Source: Spirochaetia bacterium (GTDB taxonomy: Bacteria > Spirochaetota > Spirochaetia > SZUA-6 > Bin103). Taken from it: a DNA stretch of 64,000 nucleotides. The position numbers were made by a program, and so were the translations under genes. The notes beneath the pieces are model-generated. The model was not told where the DNA came from and did no database searches. It saw only the letters and a program-made list of their open reading frames with translations. The number at the start of each line of letters is the position of its first letter. Position 1 is the stretch's first letter. Positions 9,853 to 18,313 of the stretch are shown here, in pieces. The DNA is taken from NCBI GenBank assembly GCA_965199955.1, contig CBDATQ010000002.1, forward strand, positions 160,001-224,000, written 5' to 3'.

Positions 9853-10542
9853 TCATTCGATGCGGTAGCCGCGGCCGCGAACGGTGACGATCAACCGCCC
9901 GGCCAGGGGCCGGGCGGTGTCAGCCGGCTCCGCGACCGCCGCCAGATGGCGCCGCAGCGCGGTGACGTGCATGTCCACGGCGCGGCTGCGCCGGACCGGC
10001 GGCCGCCCCCAGATCGCGTAGAACAGGGCGTCGCGCGTTACCGTCGAGCCGCGGTTTGCAAGCAGCATGCGCAGGACCTCCGCTTCCTGCGCGCCAAGCG
10101 AGACCGTGCCCGCCGGTCCCGAGAGCGTCCGCCCCAGCAGGCGCAGGGCGCGGCCGTCGCCGAACCGGGTGAACGGCTCCGCGGCGCCGATGATGCGCAG
10201 CGCGCGCAACTCCAACTCCTCCGGCGTCCACGGATCGCGCAGGTAGTCGGCACAGCCGGCCAGGAACAGGCGCGGCAGTTCGGTGTCAGGGCCGAAGGCA
10301 ATCAGCGGCCAGGCAGGCTGAATCGGCCCCGTGAGCAGGGGCTCCGCGGCCTCGGCAGGCATCACGGCGGCCACATAGCGGGGGTCACGCGGCGCGGGGG
10401 GCTCTTCGACAAGGTCGAGATCGAAACCCTTGATACGCCGGGAATAGGAGTCCATGCGCGCAGCGAGGGCGCCCGACGATGCCATCAGGCAGACTCGCGG
10501 CGGATCCCCCAACCCCATGCCAGCAGACGCCCGACAGAGCAC
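9853..10542 (-). CDS. OmpR/PhoB-type winged-helix regulator with degenerate receiver domain
   Basis: C-terminal VTRDAL..IWG..SRAVDMHVTALRR..TVRGRGY; start uncertain. Confidence 0.8.
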   Translation of the reverse strand: MLCRASAGMGLGDPPRVCLMASSGALAARMDSYSRRIKGFDLDLVEEPPAPRDPRYVAAVMPAEAAEPLLTGPIQPAWPLIAFGPDTELPRLFLAGCADYLRDPWTPEELELRALRIIGAAEPFTRFGDGRALRLLGRTLSGPAGTVSLGAQEAEVLRMLLANRGSTVTRDALFYAIWGRPPVRRSRAVDMHVTALRRHLAAVAEPADTARPLAGRLIVTVRGRGYRIE

Positions 10543-10747
10543 GCCTCGGTCGTGGTCAGCCGCGAGACGTGCGCCATGCAGGCGACGCCATACTTGGCGG
10601 ATGTGCCGGTCGCGTTACCACGCACCTTAAACTTGGACGAACCCTTCTGTCTATAAATGGTGGGATACGGTCGCCGGCGTTGTGGGACGAGGGGGCCCCA
10701 ACTCGTCGGCGGGTGCCTCCAGGGAGAGGTGTGAACCGAACAAGCAG

Positions 10748-10782
10748 GATAATTGATAATAACTAATCGTTATCGTTATAAT
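10748..10782 (+). promoter_or_regulatory. Sigma70 promoter overlapped by a Fur/Zur-family-like box
   Basis: AT-rich GATAATTGATAATAACTAATCGTTATCGTTATAAT; TTGATA-N18-TATAAT; directly upstream of a metal-binding protein gene. Confidence 0.7.
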
Positions 10783-10789
10783 CCATACC

Positions 10790-11761
10790 ATGAGACATCA
10801 GAAGACATGGACGTTCGCCGTTGCCGTCATGGCGCTGGCCGGCACGCTGGCCCTTGCCCAGGATCAAAGGGAGGGGCCGGCGACGGATCTCCTGCCGGTC
10901 GTGGCGACCACCAACATCGTCGGCAACATCGTCGCCCGGGTCGGCGGTGACCGCCTGTCGCTGTACGTGATGCTGCCGCCCGGAGCCGACCCGCATGCGT
11001 TTCGGGCGACCGCTCGTGACGCCCGCGAGGCAGCGGATGCGGCCATCGTGTTCATCAACGGCGCGGGGCTGGAGGCGGGGTTCCTCGGAGACCTGATCGC
11101 GAGCGCCGAGCCGCGGCTCGTGGTCGACCTGACTGCGCATCTGAGCCTCCGGCGCATGGACGACGAGCATGAGGACGAGCACGACCACGATGAGCACGAC
11201 CACGATGAGCACGGGCACGACCACGGCGAGTTTGACCCGCACGTGTGGATGGACCCGACCCTGGTCACGGCTTGGGCCGAGGAGATCGCGGAAGCGCTCG
11301 CCGAGGTCGATCCCGACCACGGCGCCGACTATGCGGAGCGCGCGGCCGCGCTTGTCGGCGAGCTGCATGCGCTGGACGCGTGGATACGGGAACGGGTGGC
11401 CGCGATTCCGCGGGACCGGCGGATCCTGGTCACCGACCACGACGTGTTCGGCTACTTCGTCGACCGCTACGGCTTCACCGTTCTCGACACCATCATTCCC
11501 GGGTTCTCAACGGTGTCCGAGCCGTCCGCGCGCCACTTGGCGAACCTGCGCGAAGCGATCGCCGAACATGGGGTGCCGGCGATCTTCGTGGGCCTGACGG
11601 TGAGCTCGGACGTGGCACAGGTGATCGCCGACGACCTGGGGATCGAGATGGTCTCAGTGTACACCGGGTCGTTGAGCGAGCCGGACGGTCCGGCGGCGAC
11701 GTATCCGGACTTCATCCGCACCAACGTCGACCGAATCGTCGACGCACTTGCAGGGAGCTGA
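10790..11761 (+). CDS. znuA: Zn/Mn ABC transporter substrate-binding protein (ZnuA/TroA cluster A-I)
   Basis: DPHAF, NGAGLE, His/Asp-rich loop, DPHVW, HDVFGYF, EPSA; signal peptide. Confidence 0.88.
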   Translation: MRHQKTWTFAVAVMALAGTLALAQDQREGPATDLLPVVATTNIVGNIVARVGGDRLSLYVMLPPGADPHAFRATARDAREAADAAIVFINGAGLEAGFLGDLIASAEPRLVVDLTAHLSLRRMDDEHEDEHDHDEHDHDEHGHDHGEFDPHVWMDPTLVTAWAEEIAEALAEVDPDHGADYAERAAALVGELHALDAWIRERVAAIPRDRRILVTDHDVFGYFVDRYGFTVLDTIIPGFSTVSEPSARHLANLREAIAEHGVPAIFVGLTVSSDVAQVIADDLGIEMVSVYTGSLSEPDGPAATYPDFIRTNVDRIVDALAGS

Positions 11762-11838
11762 CGGTCTGCGCGCTACGCTGCCGCCGGATCCGTTTCCGGA
11801 GCTTCGCATGGCAGAGGCTTCAACATGACCGGACGCCG

Positions 11839-12567
11839 TCAGCCGCCCGGCGACGTCCCTTGGCTCGTGCTCTCGTGGGACTTGTCTTCGATCTGCCCCA
11901 TCTTCCGCTTCAGGTCTTCCAGTAGCCTGTCCCCGGACGTGTCACGTCCTTCGAGCTGCCGGAACTCCCGTTCGAGCGCCTTGTCGCCGGCGTCGAGCTG
12001 GTCGATCTCCTGCTCGGCGTCCACCTGCGCTTCGATCTGGTCGACCTTCTTGGCCATGCGGTCGAACGCCTCGAACGCCGACGTGTCGCGCGAGGTGCTC
12101 AGGGTGGCCTGGATACGCTGCTGCGCCTCCGCCCGCTTGGCGCGGGCGATCAGGATGTTCTTCTTGCGTTGCGCTTCCTCGATCTTCTGCGTCAGGTCGC
12201 GCAGCGATCCCTTGAGCTGCTCGACCGAATCGCGCTGCGCCTGCCACTGGTCCTGATAGCTGGAGACGTACTCGTCAAGCTCCTGCTTGCGGACCAGGGC
12301 CCGCTTGGCCAGATCGTCCTGTCCCTCCTGCACCGCGAGAACGGCCCGCTTTTCCCAGTCGTCGGCCTGGGTGCGCTGCTGCAGGAGCTGGCGTTCGAGC
12401 TGCTTCTCGTCGGCGATCGCTCCGGCTACCGCCTTCTTGGATTCGATGAGCTGGCCGCTCATGTCCTCGATCAACTGCGTGAGCATCTTCTCGGGATTCT
12501 CCGCCTTGCTGATCATGTCGTTCACGTTCGACTTGACCACCCTGCGGAACCGATCGAACAGGCCCAT
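11839..12567 (-). CDS. pspA: PspA/IM30 family protein
   Basis: MGLFDRFRRVVKSNVNDMISKAENPEKML...DDLAKRAL...AFDRMAKKV coiled coil; GGAGG RBS. Confidence 0.93.
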   Translation of the reverse strand: MGLFDRFRRVVKSNVNDMISKAENPEKMLTQLIEDMSGQLIESKKAVAGAIADEKQLERQLLQQRTQADDWEKRAVLAVQEGQDDLAKRALVRKQELDEYVSSYQDQWQAQRDSVEQLKGSLRDLTQKIEEAQRKKNILIARAKRAEAQQRIQATLSTSRDTSAFEAFDRMAKKVDQIEAQVDAEQEIDQLDAGDKALEREFRQLEGRDTSGDRLLEDLKRKMGQIEDKSHESTSQGTSPGG

Positions 12568-12568
12568 T

Positions 12569-12976
12569 TCAGCCGCCCTCCGTTTTGACCAGCGGCACGA
12601 GCCGCTCATAGTGCTCGGCGACCGACAGGCTGATCGCGTCGAGCGTTGCCTGAAACTCCTCGATATCGATGGTCTCGCTGAGCAGCGTGTTCATCAACAC
12701 GACGGAGGTACCTCCCAGGTCGTCGCCTTCCAGTGCGTAGGCGCCATGCAAGAGGTCGGTGCCGTTCAGGCGCAGCAACTCCTCGTAGAGGGCGCAGCGG
12801 TCGCCCGGCGGCAGGTCGGCGACCTTGAGCCGGAAGATGATCACCGGTTCCTCGTGCACGACGATTACGTTCTCGACGCCGCGCTCCTCATCATTGATGA
12901 TCCAGGTTTCGGCGTCCAGCTCGTCGAATGACAGGCCGAGCGTGCGGAGAAAGCTCTCGATTCGTTGTCGGGTCAT
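12569..12976 (-). CDS. CesT/YbjN-like chaperone-fold protein
   Basis: MTRQRIESFL...LYEELLRLNGTDLLHGAYALEG; start overlaps the upstream stop (ATGA). Confidence 0.75.
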   Translation of the reverse strand: MTRQRIESFLRTLGLSFDELDAETWIINDEERGVENVIVVHEEPVIIFRLKVADLPPGDRCALYEELLRLNGTDLLHGAYALEGDDLGGTSVVLMNTLLSETIDIEEFQATLDAISLSVAEHYERLVPLVKTEGG

Positions 12977-13557
12977 GCTGCGAATACCTGTGCGCCGTGG
13001 TTTATCGCCAGGACCGCCTGGCAGCTCGAGCAGCGGAACCGACCGGGCTTGACGGCGCGAAGCCTGGTCGTACATGTCGGGCACTCGAGCACGTGCGGAA
13101 AGAGGACCGCGGGCGCGGCCTGCCCGGGTGAGGCAAGATGCGAAACCGCTTCCTCCACGTCCAGGGCGACGGGAATCAGGTCGGCGAAACCGAGCAGCCG
13201 GAAGAGCTCGTGGTCCGGTTCCCGCAGGTTGAGCAGCACCAGATCGCCGCCGCGCCGGCGCAGATTTCGTTGCAGGGCCGCGAACGCCCCGATCGCCGTC
13301 CCGGACAGCGTGTCCAGCGCCGTACATTCCAGGATCAGTCGCAGATAACCGGCCTCCACCACGGCGTCGCAGCGGTCGCGGAACCGGCCGACGTTGGCGG
13401 GATCGATCCGGCCGCCGAGATGCAGCACCGCGCAGCCGTCGGCCCCGCCGCTGTCAATATTGCCGAGCGCACGAAGCTGGAGTCCGAAGCCCTGCTCCCG
13501 GACATCCGGACCTTCAGTTGGCTGCCCGGCCCCTGGCTCGGAGTTGTCACTCGGCAC
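12973..13557 (-). CDS. STAS anti-sigma-factor antagonist with C-terminal zinc ribbon
   Basis: LGGRID, LSGTAIGAF, GGDLVL, FRLLGF; C-terminal CPTC...CSSC; GTG start supported by an upstream promoter. Confidence 0.85.
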   Translation of the reverse strand: MPSDNSEPGAGQPTEGPDVREQGFGLQLRALGNIDSGGADGCAVLHLGGRIDPANVGRFRDRCDAVVEAGYLRLILECTALDTLSGTAIGAFAALQRNLRRRGGDLVLLNLREPDHELFRLLGFADLIPVALDVEEAVSHLASPGQAAPAVLFPHVLECPTCTTRLRAVKPGRFRCSSCQAVLAINHGAQVFAA

Positions 13558-13631
13558 GGCCCCGAAAGTATAGCGGCGGCCCCGGAGAGCGGTCAATTTC
13601 GGGAGGTTGGCCGGCGCGGAAGGATGGTGTG

Positions 13632-14918
13632 CTACCGGAATCTGATCGCGTTCGCATCCACCGTGCGCCGGTCGCCCGGCTGCACGCTCGCCAGCAGGAT
13701 GGCTCGCTCCATGACGTTGCGCAGCTCCCGGACGTTGCCGGGCCAGTGGTGCTCCCCCAGCTTCGCGATCGCCCGCGGAGTCAGACGGAGGTGCGGCGGA
13801 AGGAAATGGTAGGCAAGCTGGACGAGGCCCTGGAGCCGCTCCCGGAGCGGCGGTACGTGGATCAGCAACACGCCCAACCGGTAGTACAGGTCGTCGCGGA
13901 AGCGTCCGGCCCCCATCAGATCGGACAGCACGGCGTTGGTCGCTGCGATCGTGCGCACGTCGACCGGCTTCGTTCGCGTACCGCCGATGCGGGTGACCTC
14001 CTGGGCTTCCAGCACGCGCAGGAGCTTCACCTGCAGATCGGTTCCCATCTCGCCGATCTCGTCCAGGAACAGGGTCCCGTTGTCGGCGCGCTCGAAGCAC
14101 CCGGGGCGGCTGACGGCATCCGTGTAGGCACCGCGCTCGGATCCGAAGAGCTCCGCCTCGACTATGGTGGGAGCGATCGCTCCGCAGTTGATCGCCACCC
14201 ACGGCTGGCCGGCTCTCGGCGAGCTGGCGTGCAGGCTGCGCGCCACCACCTCCTTGCCGACGCCGCTCTCGCCGGAGATCACGACGGGTGAATTGGCCGG
14301 CGCGTACATGGCGACTTCTTCGCGAATGCGCTGCATCTGTGGGCTGGAGCCGATCAGGCCGTCCGTGGCCGCGGTGTTCGGCCGCCGGCGCATCGCCACC
14401 GCCTGGCGGACCGTGGCGCGCAGCTTGTCGAGCGAGAGCGGCTTGATCAGGTAGTCGACCGCGCCGGCCCGCATGGCCTCCACTACCAGCTCGATGTCGT
14501 CGTGGGCGCTGACCATCAGCATCGGCGGCGCGTCGGGGCGGGTGTTCACCTGACGCACAAGCTCGATGCCGTCATCCGTCCCCAGGGCGACGTCCATCAG
14601 GGCCACGTCTACCTGCTCGGCGTCGATCCGTTCGTAGAACTCCGGCGCCGAGCGTGCGCCGATCACGCGGTACTCGGCCGGGAGGATCGCGGCCAGCGTG
14701 TCGTGGATCAGCGGATCGTCGTCCACCAGGAGGATGGTGATTACCGCGCCCCCCCGCGTGCCGCCGCGTCGCCCGGAAGGGCGGCCACAAGCGCGCCCTC
14801 GGGGATGATGAACTGCCGCACTCAGTGGACGCGCCGGCGTCCGGCCGGCGCGATCATGACCACTCCCCGGGAGAGGACTCGGCGGCGGCGCTGGCGGGAG
14901 TCCCGGCCTGCGCGGCAT
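13632..14918 (-). CDS. Sigma54-dependent response regulator (REC + AAA+), no C-terminal HTH; start uncertain (homology begins near 14744)
   Basis: ILLVDDD receiver, GESGVGKE, ELFG..GAYTDA, LFLDEIGE, WPGNVREL. Confidence 0.88.
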   Translation of the reverse strand: MPRRPGLPPAPPPSPLPGSGHDRAGRTPARPLSAAVHHPRGRACGRPSGRRGGTRGGAVITILLVDDDPLIHDTLAAILPAEYRVIGARSAPEFYERIDAEQVDVALMDVALGTDDGIELVRQVNTRPDAPPMLMVSAHDDIELVVEAMRAGAVDYLIKPLSLDKLRATVRQAVAMRRRPNTAATDGLIGSSPQMQRIREEVAMYAPANSPVVISGESGVGKEVVARSLHASSPRAGQPWVAINCGAIAPTIVEAELFGSERGAYTDAVSRPGCFERADNGTLFLDEIGEMGTDLQVKLLRVLEAQEVTRIGGTRTKPVDVRTIAATNAVLSDLMGAGRFRDDLYYRLGVLLIHVPPLRERLQGLVQLAYHFLPPHLRLTPRAIAKLGEHHWPGNVRELRNVMERAILLASVQPGDRRTVDANAIRFR

Positions 14919-16338
14919 CGGGAAAGGAATCCGCGCTGACCTCGCCCGTGCGCAGCAGTCTCACCGCCTCGATCAGGGAAGGGTCGTTGACCAGGTCGTA
15001 GATCGGCGTCCGTCGGTGGATCCGCGCGATGGTGCGCGCAAGCTGGCGGCGGACCAACTGCTCCTCCAGGTCGAACTCGCTCTGCTCCAGGTCGACCAGG
15101 AACCTGCCGATGTCAGCTTCCGTCGGCTCCGGATGGGCGAGCGCGAACCGGATCAGCTGCTTCGACCTGCCGAACTCGCCCAGCGTCTTCTGCTCGTCCT
15201 CGCTCAGCTTCGGCTCGGTGATGCGGTGGGGCGCGACACCCACGCCGTCGATCCTGGTTCCCTCGGGGGTGAGGTAGCGTGAGGTGGTGACCTTGACGGC
15301 GCGATCGTCCTCGATGCGCATGACCTGCTGCACGGATCCCTTTCCGTAACTCTGCTGGCCGACCAGGTAGGCGCGCTCGTGGTCCTTGAGCGCGCCGGCC
15401 AGGATCTCGGCGGCCGACGCCGACACGCTGTCGATCAGCACGACGATGGGAAGATCGGGTTCGACCAGCGTGGCGCGCCGTGTGGCGGTGTACTGGTTCT
15501 CGTTCTCGACGCGCGAACGGGTCTGCACGATCGTTCCCGTCTCCAGAAACAGGTCTGCGATCTCGACGACGGCCGAGAACAGGCCGCCGCGATTGCCGCG
15601 CAGGTCGAGGATCAGCGACCGCGATCGGTCTTCCAGGTCGCGCAGCGCCTCCCGGATCCGGTCCGGGGTCTTGCTGGTGAACTGAGGACTGACGCGCAGG
15701 TAGCCGATTCCGGGGTCGATCACGGCGTAGCGGACAGTGGGGACCTCGATGAGCTGGCGGGTGACGGTAACCTCCAGGGTCTCGTTGCCGGCCCGCACCA
15801 GCGAAACGCGAACGTCGGTGCCGGGAGAGCCGCGCAGGCGGGCCACGACATCGTCCTGGTCCAGGGTGCCGGCCGCCGTGCCGTCGATGGCCACGATCAG
15901 GTCGCCGGCCATGATCCCGGCCGCGTGGGCCGGCGAGCCCACGAACGGCTCGATGACCAGCACGCCGTCGTCGGCGCGGCTGAGATAGAGACCGATGCCG
16001 CCGAACTCGCCGATCGTCATGTCGTTCAACTCGTCGATTTCGTCTTGATCGAGGAACTTCGTGTGGTCATCGCCGACCGCCTCCAACATCCCCCTCAGCG
16101 CCCCGGTCAGCAACCGATCGGTATCGGCGGCGGCGGCGTTCACGTAGTTCAGCCGGACGAAGTTGAATACGTCGCGCAGAATGGCGAGGGCCCGTTCCGA
16201 ATCGCGGTCACGGTTCTGTGCCAGCACCTGGGGCGCCAGGACCATCAGGATGCAGGCGAGCACCGCGGTGGCGGACACGGTCATCCAGAACGTGCGACGT
16301 ACGCCGAGCCTGATCCGGGCCGGCTCGGTGCCTTTCAT
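14854..16338 (-). CDS. ctpA: Carboxyl-terminal processing protease (S41A)
   Basis: PDZ (FGGIG), DLRGNRGG, SASAAEI, YGKGSVQ; GGAGG RBS. Confidence 0.92.
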   Translation of the reverse strand: MKGTEPARIRLGVRRTFWMTVSATAVLACILMVLAPQVLAQNRDRDSERALAILRDVFNFVRLNYVNAAAADTDRLLTGALRGMLEAVGDDHTKFLDQDEIDELNDMTIGEFGGIGLYLSRADDGVLVIEPFVGSPAHAAGIMAGDLIVAIDGTAAGTLDQDDVVARLRGSPGTDVRVSLVRAGNETLEVTVTRQLIEVPTVRYAVIDPGIGYLRVSPQFTSKTPDRIREALRDLEDRSRSLILDLRGNRGGLFSAVVEIADLFLETGTIVQTRSRVENENQYTATRRATLVEPDLPIVVLIDSVSASAAEILAGALKDHERAYLVGQQSYGKGSVQQVMRIEDDRAVKVTTSRYLTPEGTRIDGVGVAPHRITEPKLSEDEQKTLGEFGRSKQLIRFALAHPEPTEADIGRFLVDLEQSEFDLEEQLVRRQLARTIARIHRRTPIYDLVNDPSLIEAVRLLRTGEVSADSFPDAAQAGTPASAAAESSPGEWS

Positions 16339-16384
16339 GGTCGCCTCCGATTCTCGAATTGCGCCGGAGCGTGTGTCAACGCGC

Positions 16385-16416
16385 GATGCGATCTATCATG
16401 GATGCGATCTATCATG
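16385..16416 (+). repeat. Perfect 16-bp tandem duplication in the ctpA/lgt divergent promoter region
   Basis: GATGCGATCTATCATG x2. Confidence 0.9.
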
Positions 16417-16424
16417 ACGGTCTG

Positions 16425-17471
16425 ATGGACGGAGGCTACATCCCGTTTCCCACTTGGCTGAATCCGGAGATCGTACCCGGACTGCCGCTGCGCTGGTACG
16501 GCCTGATGTACCTGGTGGCGTTCTACCTTACCTATCGGCTGCTGCGCGTGCGAATCGCGGAGCGGGACCTGACCGTCGACAACGAGACGGTCCTCAACCT
16601 GTTCTTCTGGGGGATCATCGGCGTGCTCATCGGAGGGCGTCTCATCTCCGTCATCGTCTACGACCCGAGCGGCCACTACCTGCGCAATCCGCTTCAGATC
16701 ATCGTTCCGTTCGCCCGTGAGGGGGGCAAGCTGCGCTTCGTGGGGCTGCAGGGGATGGCGTACCACGGCGGCCTGCTCGGGGCGATCGTCGCGGTCGCCC
16801 TCTACTGCCGGGCCAAGCGGCTGCCGGTCGCGGAGTGGATGGACATGATCGCGACCTGCACACCGCTGGGCTATACGTTCGGCCGAGTCGGGAACTTCAT
16901 CAACGGCGAGCTGTTCGGCCGGGTGACCACCGTGCCGTGGGGGGTCGTCTTCCCCGATGCCCCCGGTTTCCCGGCGGAGCAGGAGTGGGTGCGGGAGATG
17001 GCCGGGCGGTCCGGGATCGAGATCGGGCCGGAACAGGCGCTGGTGAACCTGGCGCGCCATCCTTCCCAGCTCTACGAGGCTGCCCTGGAAGGCTTGCTGC
17101 TGTTCGTGGTGCTGTGGTTCGTGCTGCGCAAGCGAGCGCCCTTCCCGGGGGTGCTGTTCTCGGCCTACCTGATCGGCTACGGGGTGGTGCGTTTCGCGGT
17201 CGAGTACCTCCGGCAGCCGGACCCCGGCCTGGACTTCCCGATCATGCTGGTACCGGTGGCGAATGCGTCGCAGACGTCGCTGCTCAACTTCACCACCGGC
17301 CAGATACTCTCCGCGATCATGATCGGCGCCGGGCTCTTGGCGTTCTTTCTGCTGCGACGGCGCGCGATGGCGGTCGCTCCGGAGGGGAGCAAGCCGGCGA
17401 CCGCGCCGGGTGCTCGTCCCCGGCCGGGCCGGTCGAGGCGCCGGCGCGCTGCCAGGCGCTCGCTCCGCTAG
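16425..17471 (+). CDS. lgt: Prolipoprotein diacylglyceryl transferase
   Basis: LRWYGLMY, GMAYHGG, GRVGNFINGEL, HPSQLYE. Confidence 0.95.
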   Translation: MDGGYIPFPTWLNPEIVPGLPLRWYGLMYLVAFYLTYRLLRVRIAERDLTVDNETVLNLFFWGIIGVLIGGRLISVIVYDPSGHYLRNPLQIIVPFAREGGKLRFVGLQGMAYHGGLLGAIVAVALYCRAKRLPVAEWMDMIATCTPLGYTFGRVGNFINGELFGRVTTVPWGVVFPDAPGFPAEQEWVREMAGRSGIEIGPEQALVNLARHPSQLYEAALEGLLLFVVLWFVLRKRAPFPGVLFSAYLIGYGVVRFAVEYLRQPDPGLDFPIMLVPVANASQTSLLNFTTGQILSAIMIGAGLLAFFLLRRRAMAVAPEGSKPATAPGARPRPGRSRRRRAARRSLR

Positions 17472-17546
17472 CGGCGGGCTCGCAGCGACGGACCGGGCGT
17501 AAGCGACGCATTGGAAAGAGGTTGCGGCTTGCCGACCGGCGCGCGA

Positions 17547-17618
17547 TGGGCGATACTGGATTTGAACCAGTGACTTCTACCGTGTGAAGGTAGCACTCTC
17601 CCGCTGAGTTAATCGCCC
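17547..17618 (-). tRNA. tRNA-Val(CAC)
   Basis: GGGCGATTAACTCAGCGGGAGAGTGCTACCTT-CAC-ACGGTAG...GGTTCAAATCCAGTATCGCCCA. Confidence 0.96.
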
Positions 17619-17629
17619 ATGGACGAACA

Positions 17630-18298
17630 GTGTACCGCATAGCGCCGCAAACATCACGCCCTCTGCCACTGCTTCCGGCGCTCGCGCAGCCCGCCCTGCG
17701 GATGCCTGCACGCGCCAGGGCGGACGGCCTCGATCGCGAGTTGATCCGCAAGGCCATCCACTTGCTGGTGGCGCTGGTTTCACCGCTGGCGGCGGTGAAT
17801 CTTCCCGTCACCATGCGCCTGCTGATGGCGGGAACTCTGCTCTATACGGCTGCCGAGGCGATGCGGCTGACCGGGATCCGCGTGGCGGTAGTGTCGGGGC
17901 TTACCGTGGCTGCCGCGCGGCCGGGCGACACCGGCTTCGTGCTCGGACCGGTCACCCTGGGCCTGGGCGCCATGCTGGCGCTGCTGCTGTACCCGCTGCC
18001 CGCATCGGCGATCGCGATCTACGCGCTCGCGTTCGGCGACTCGGCGGCCAGCGTGATCGGCATGGCGTTCGCGGGGCGGCGCATGCCGCTGAACCGGAAC
18101 AAGACCGTGCCCGGGAGCGTGGCCTGCCTTGCCGCGGTGTTCCTGGTCACGATCACCCTTACGGCCGACCTCCGCCTGTCGATCGCGGTGGCCGTCGCCG
18201 CCATGACGATCGAGGCGCTTTCGGGCCGCGATCTGGACAACCTGCTGGTCCCCGTCGGTGTCGGGATGGTCGTGCAGGCGGTCAGGCTGCTGCCATAG
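17630..18298 (+). CDS. Phytol/dolichol kinase or phosphatidate cytidylyltransferase family membrane protein
   Basis: RKAIH, FGDSAAS..G, KTVPGS, DLDNL motifs; start uncertain. Confidence 0.8.
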   Translation: MYRIAPQTSRPLPLLPALAQPALRMPARARADGLDRELIRKAIHLLVALVSPLAAVNLPVTMRLLMAGTLLYTAAEAMRLTGIRVAVVSGLTVAAARPGDTGFVLGPVTLGLGAMLALLLYPLPASAIAIYALAFGDSAASVIGMAFAGRRMPLNRNKTVPGSVACLAAVFLVTITLTADLRLSIAVAVAAMTIEALSGRDLDNLLVPVGVGMVVQAVRLLP

Positions 18299-18313
18299 TC
18301 TGCGTGACCGGAT

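Noticed and set aside
12569..12976. Type III secretion system
   Set aside because: Only an isolated chaperone-fold gene; no injectisome genes
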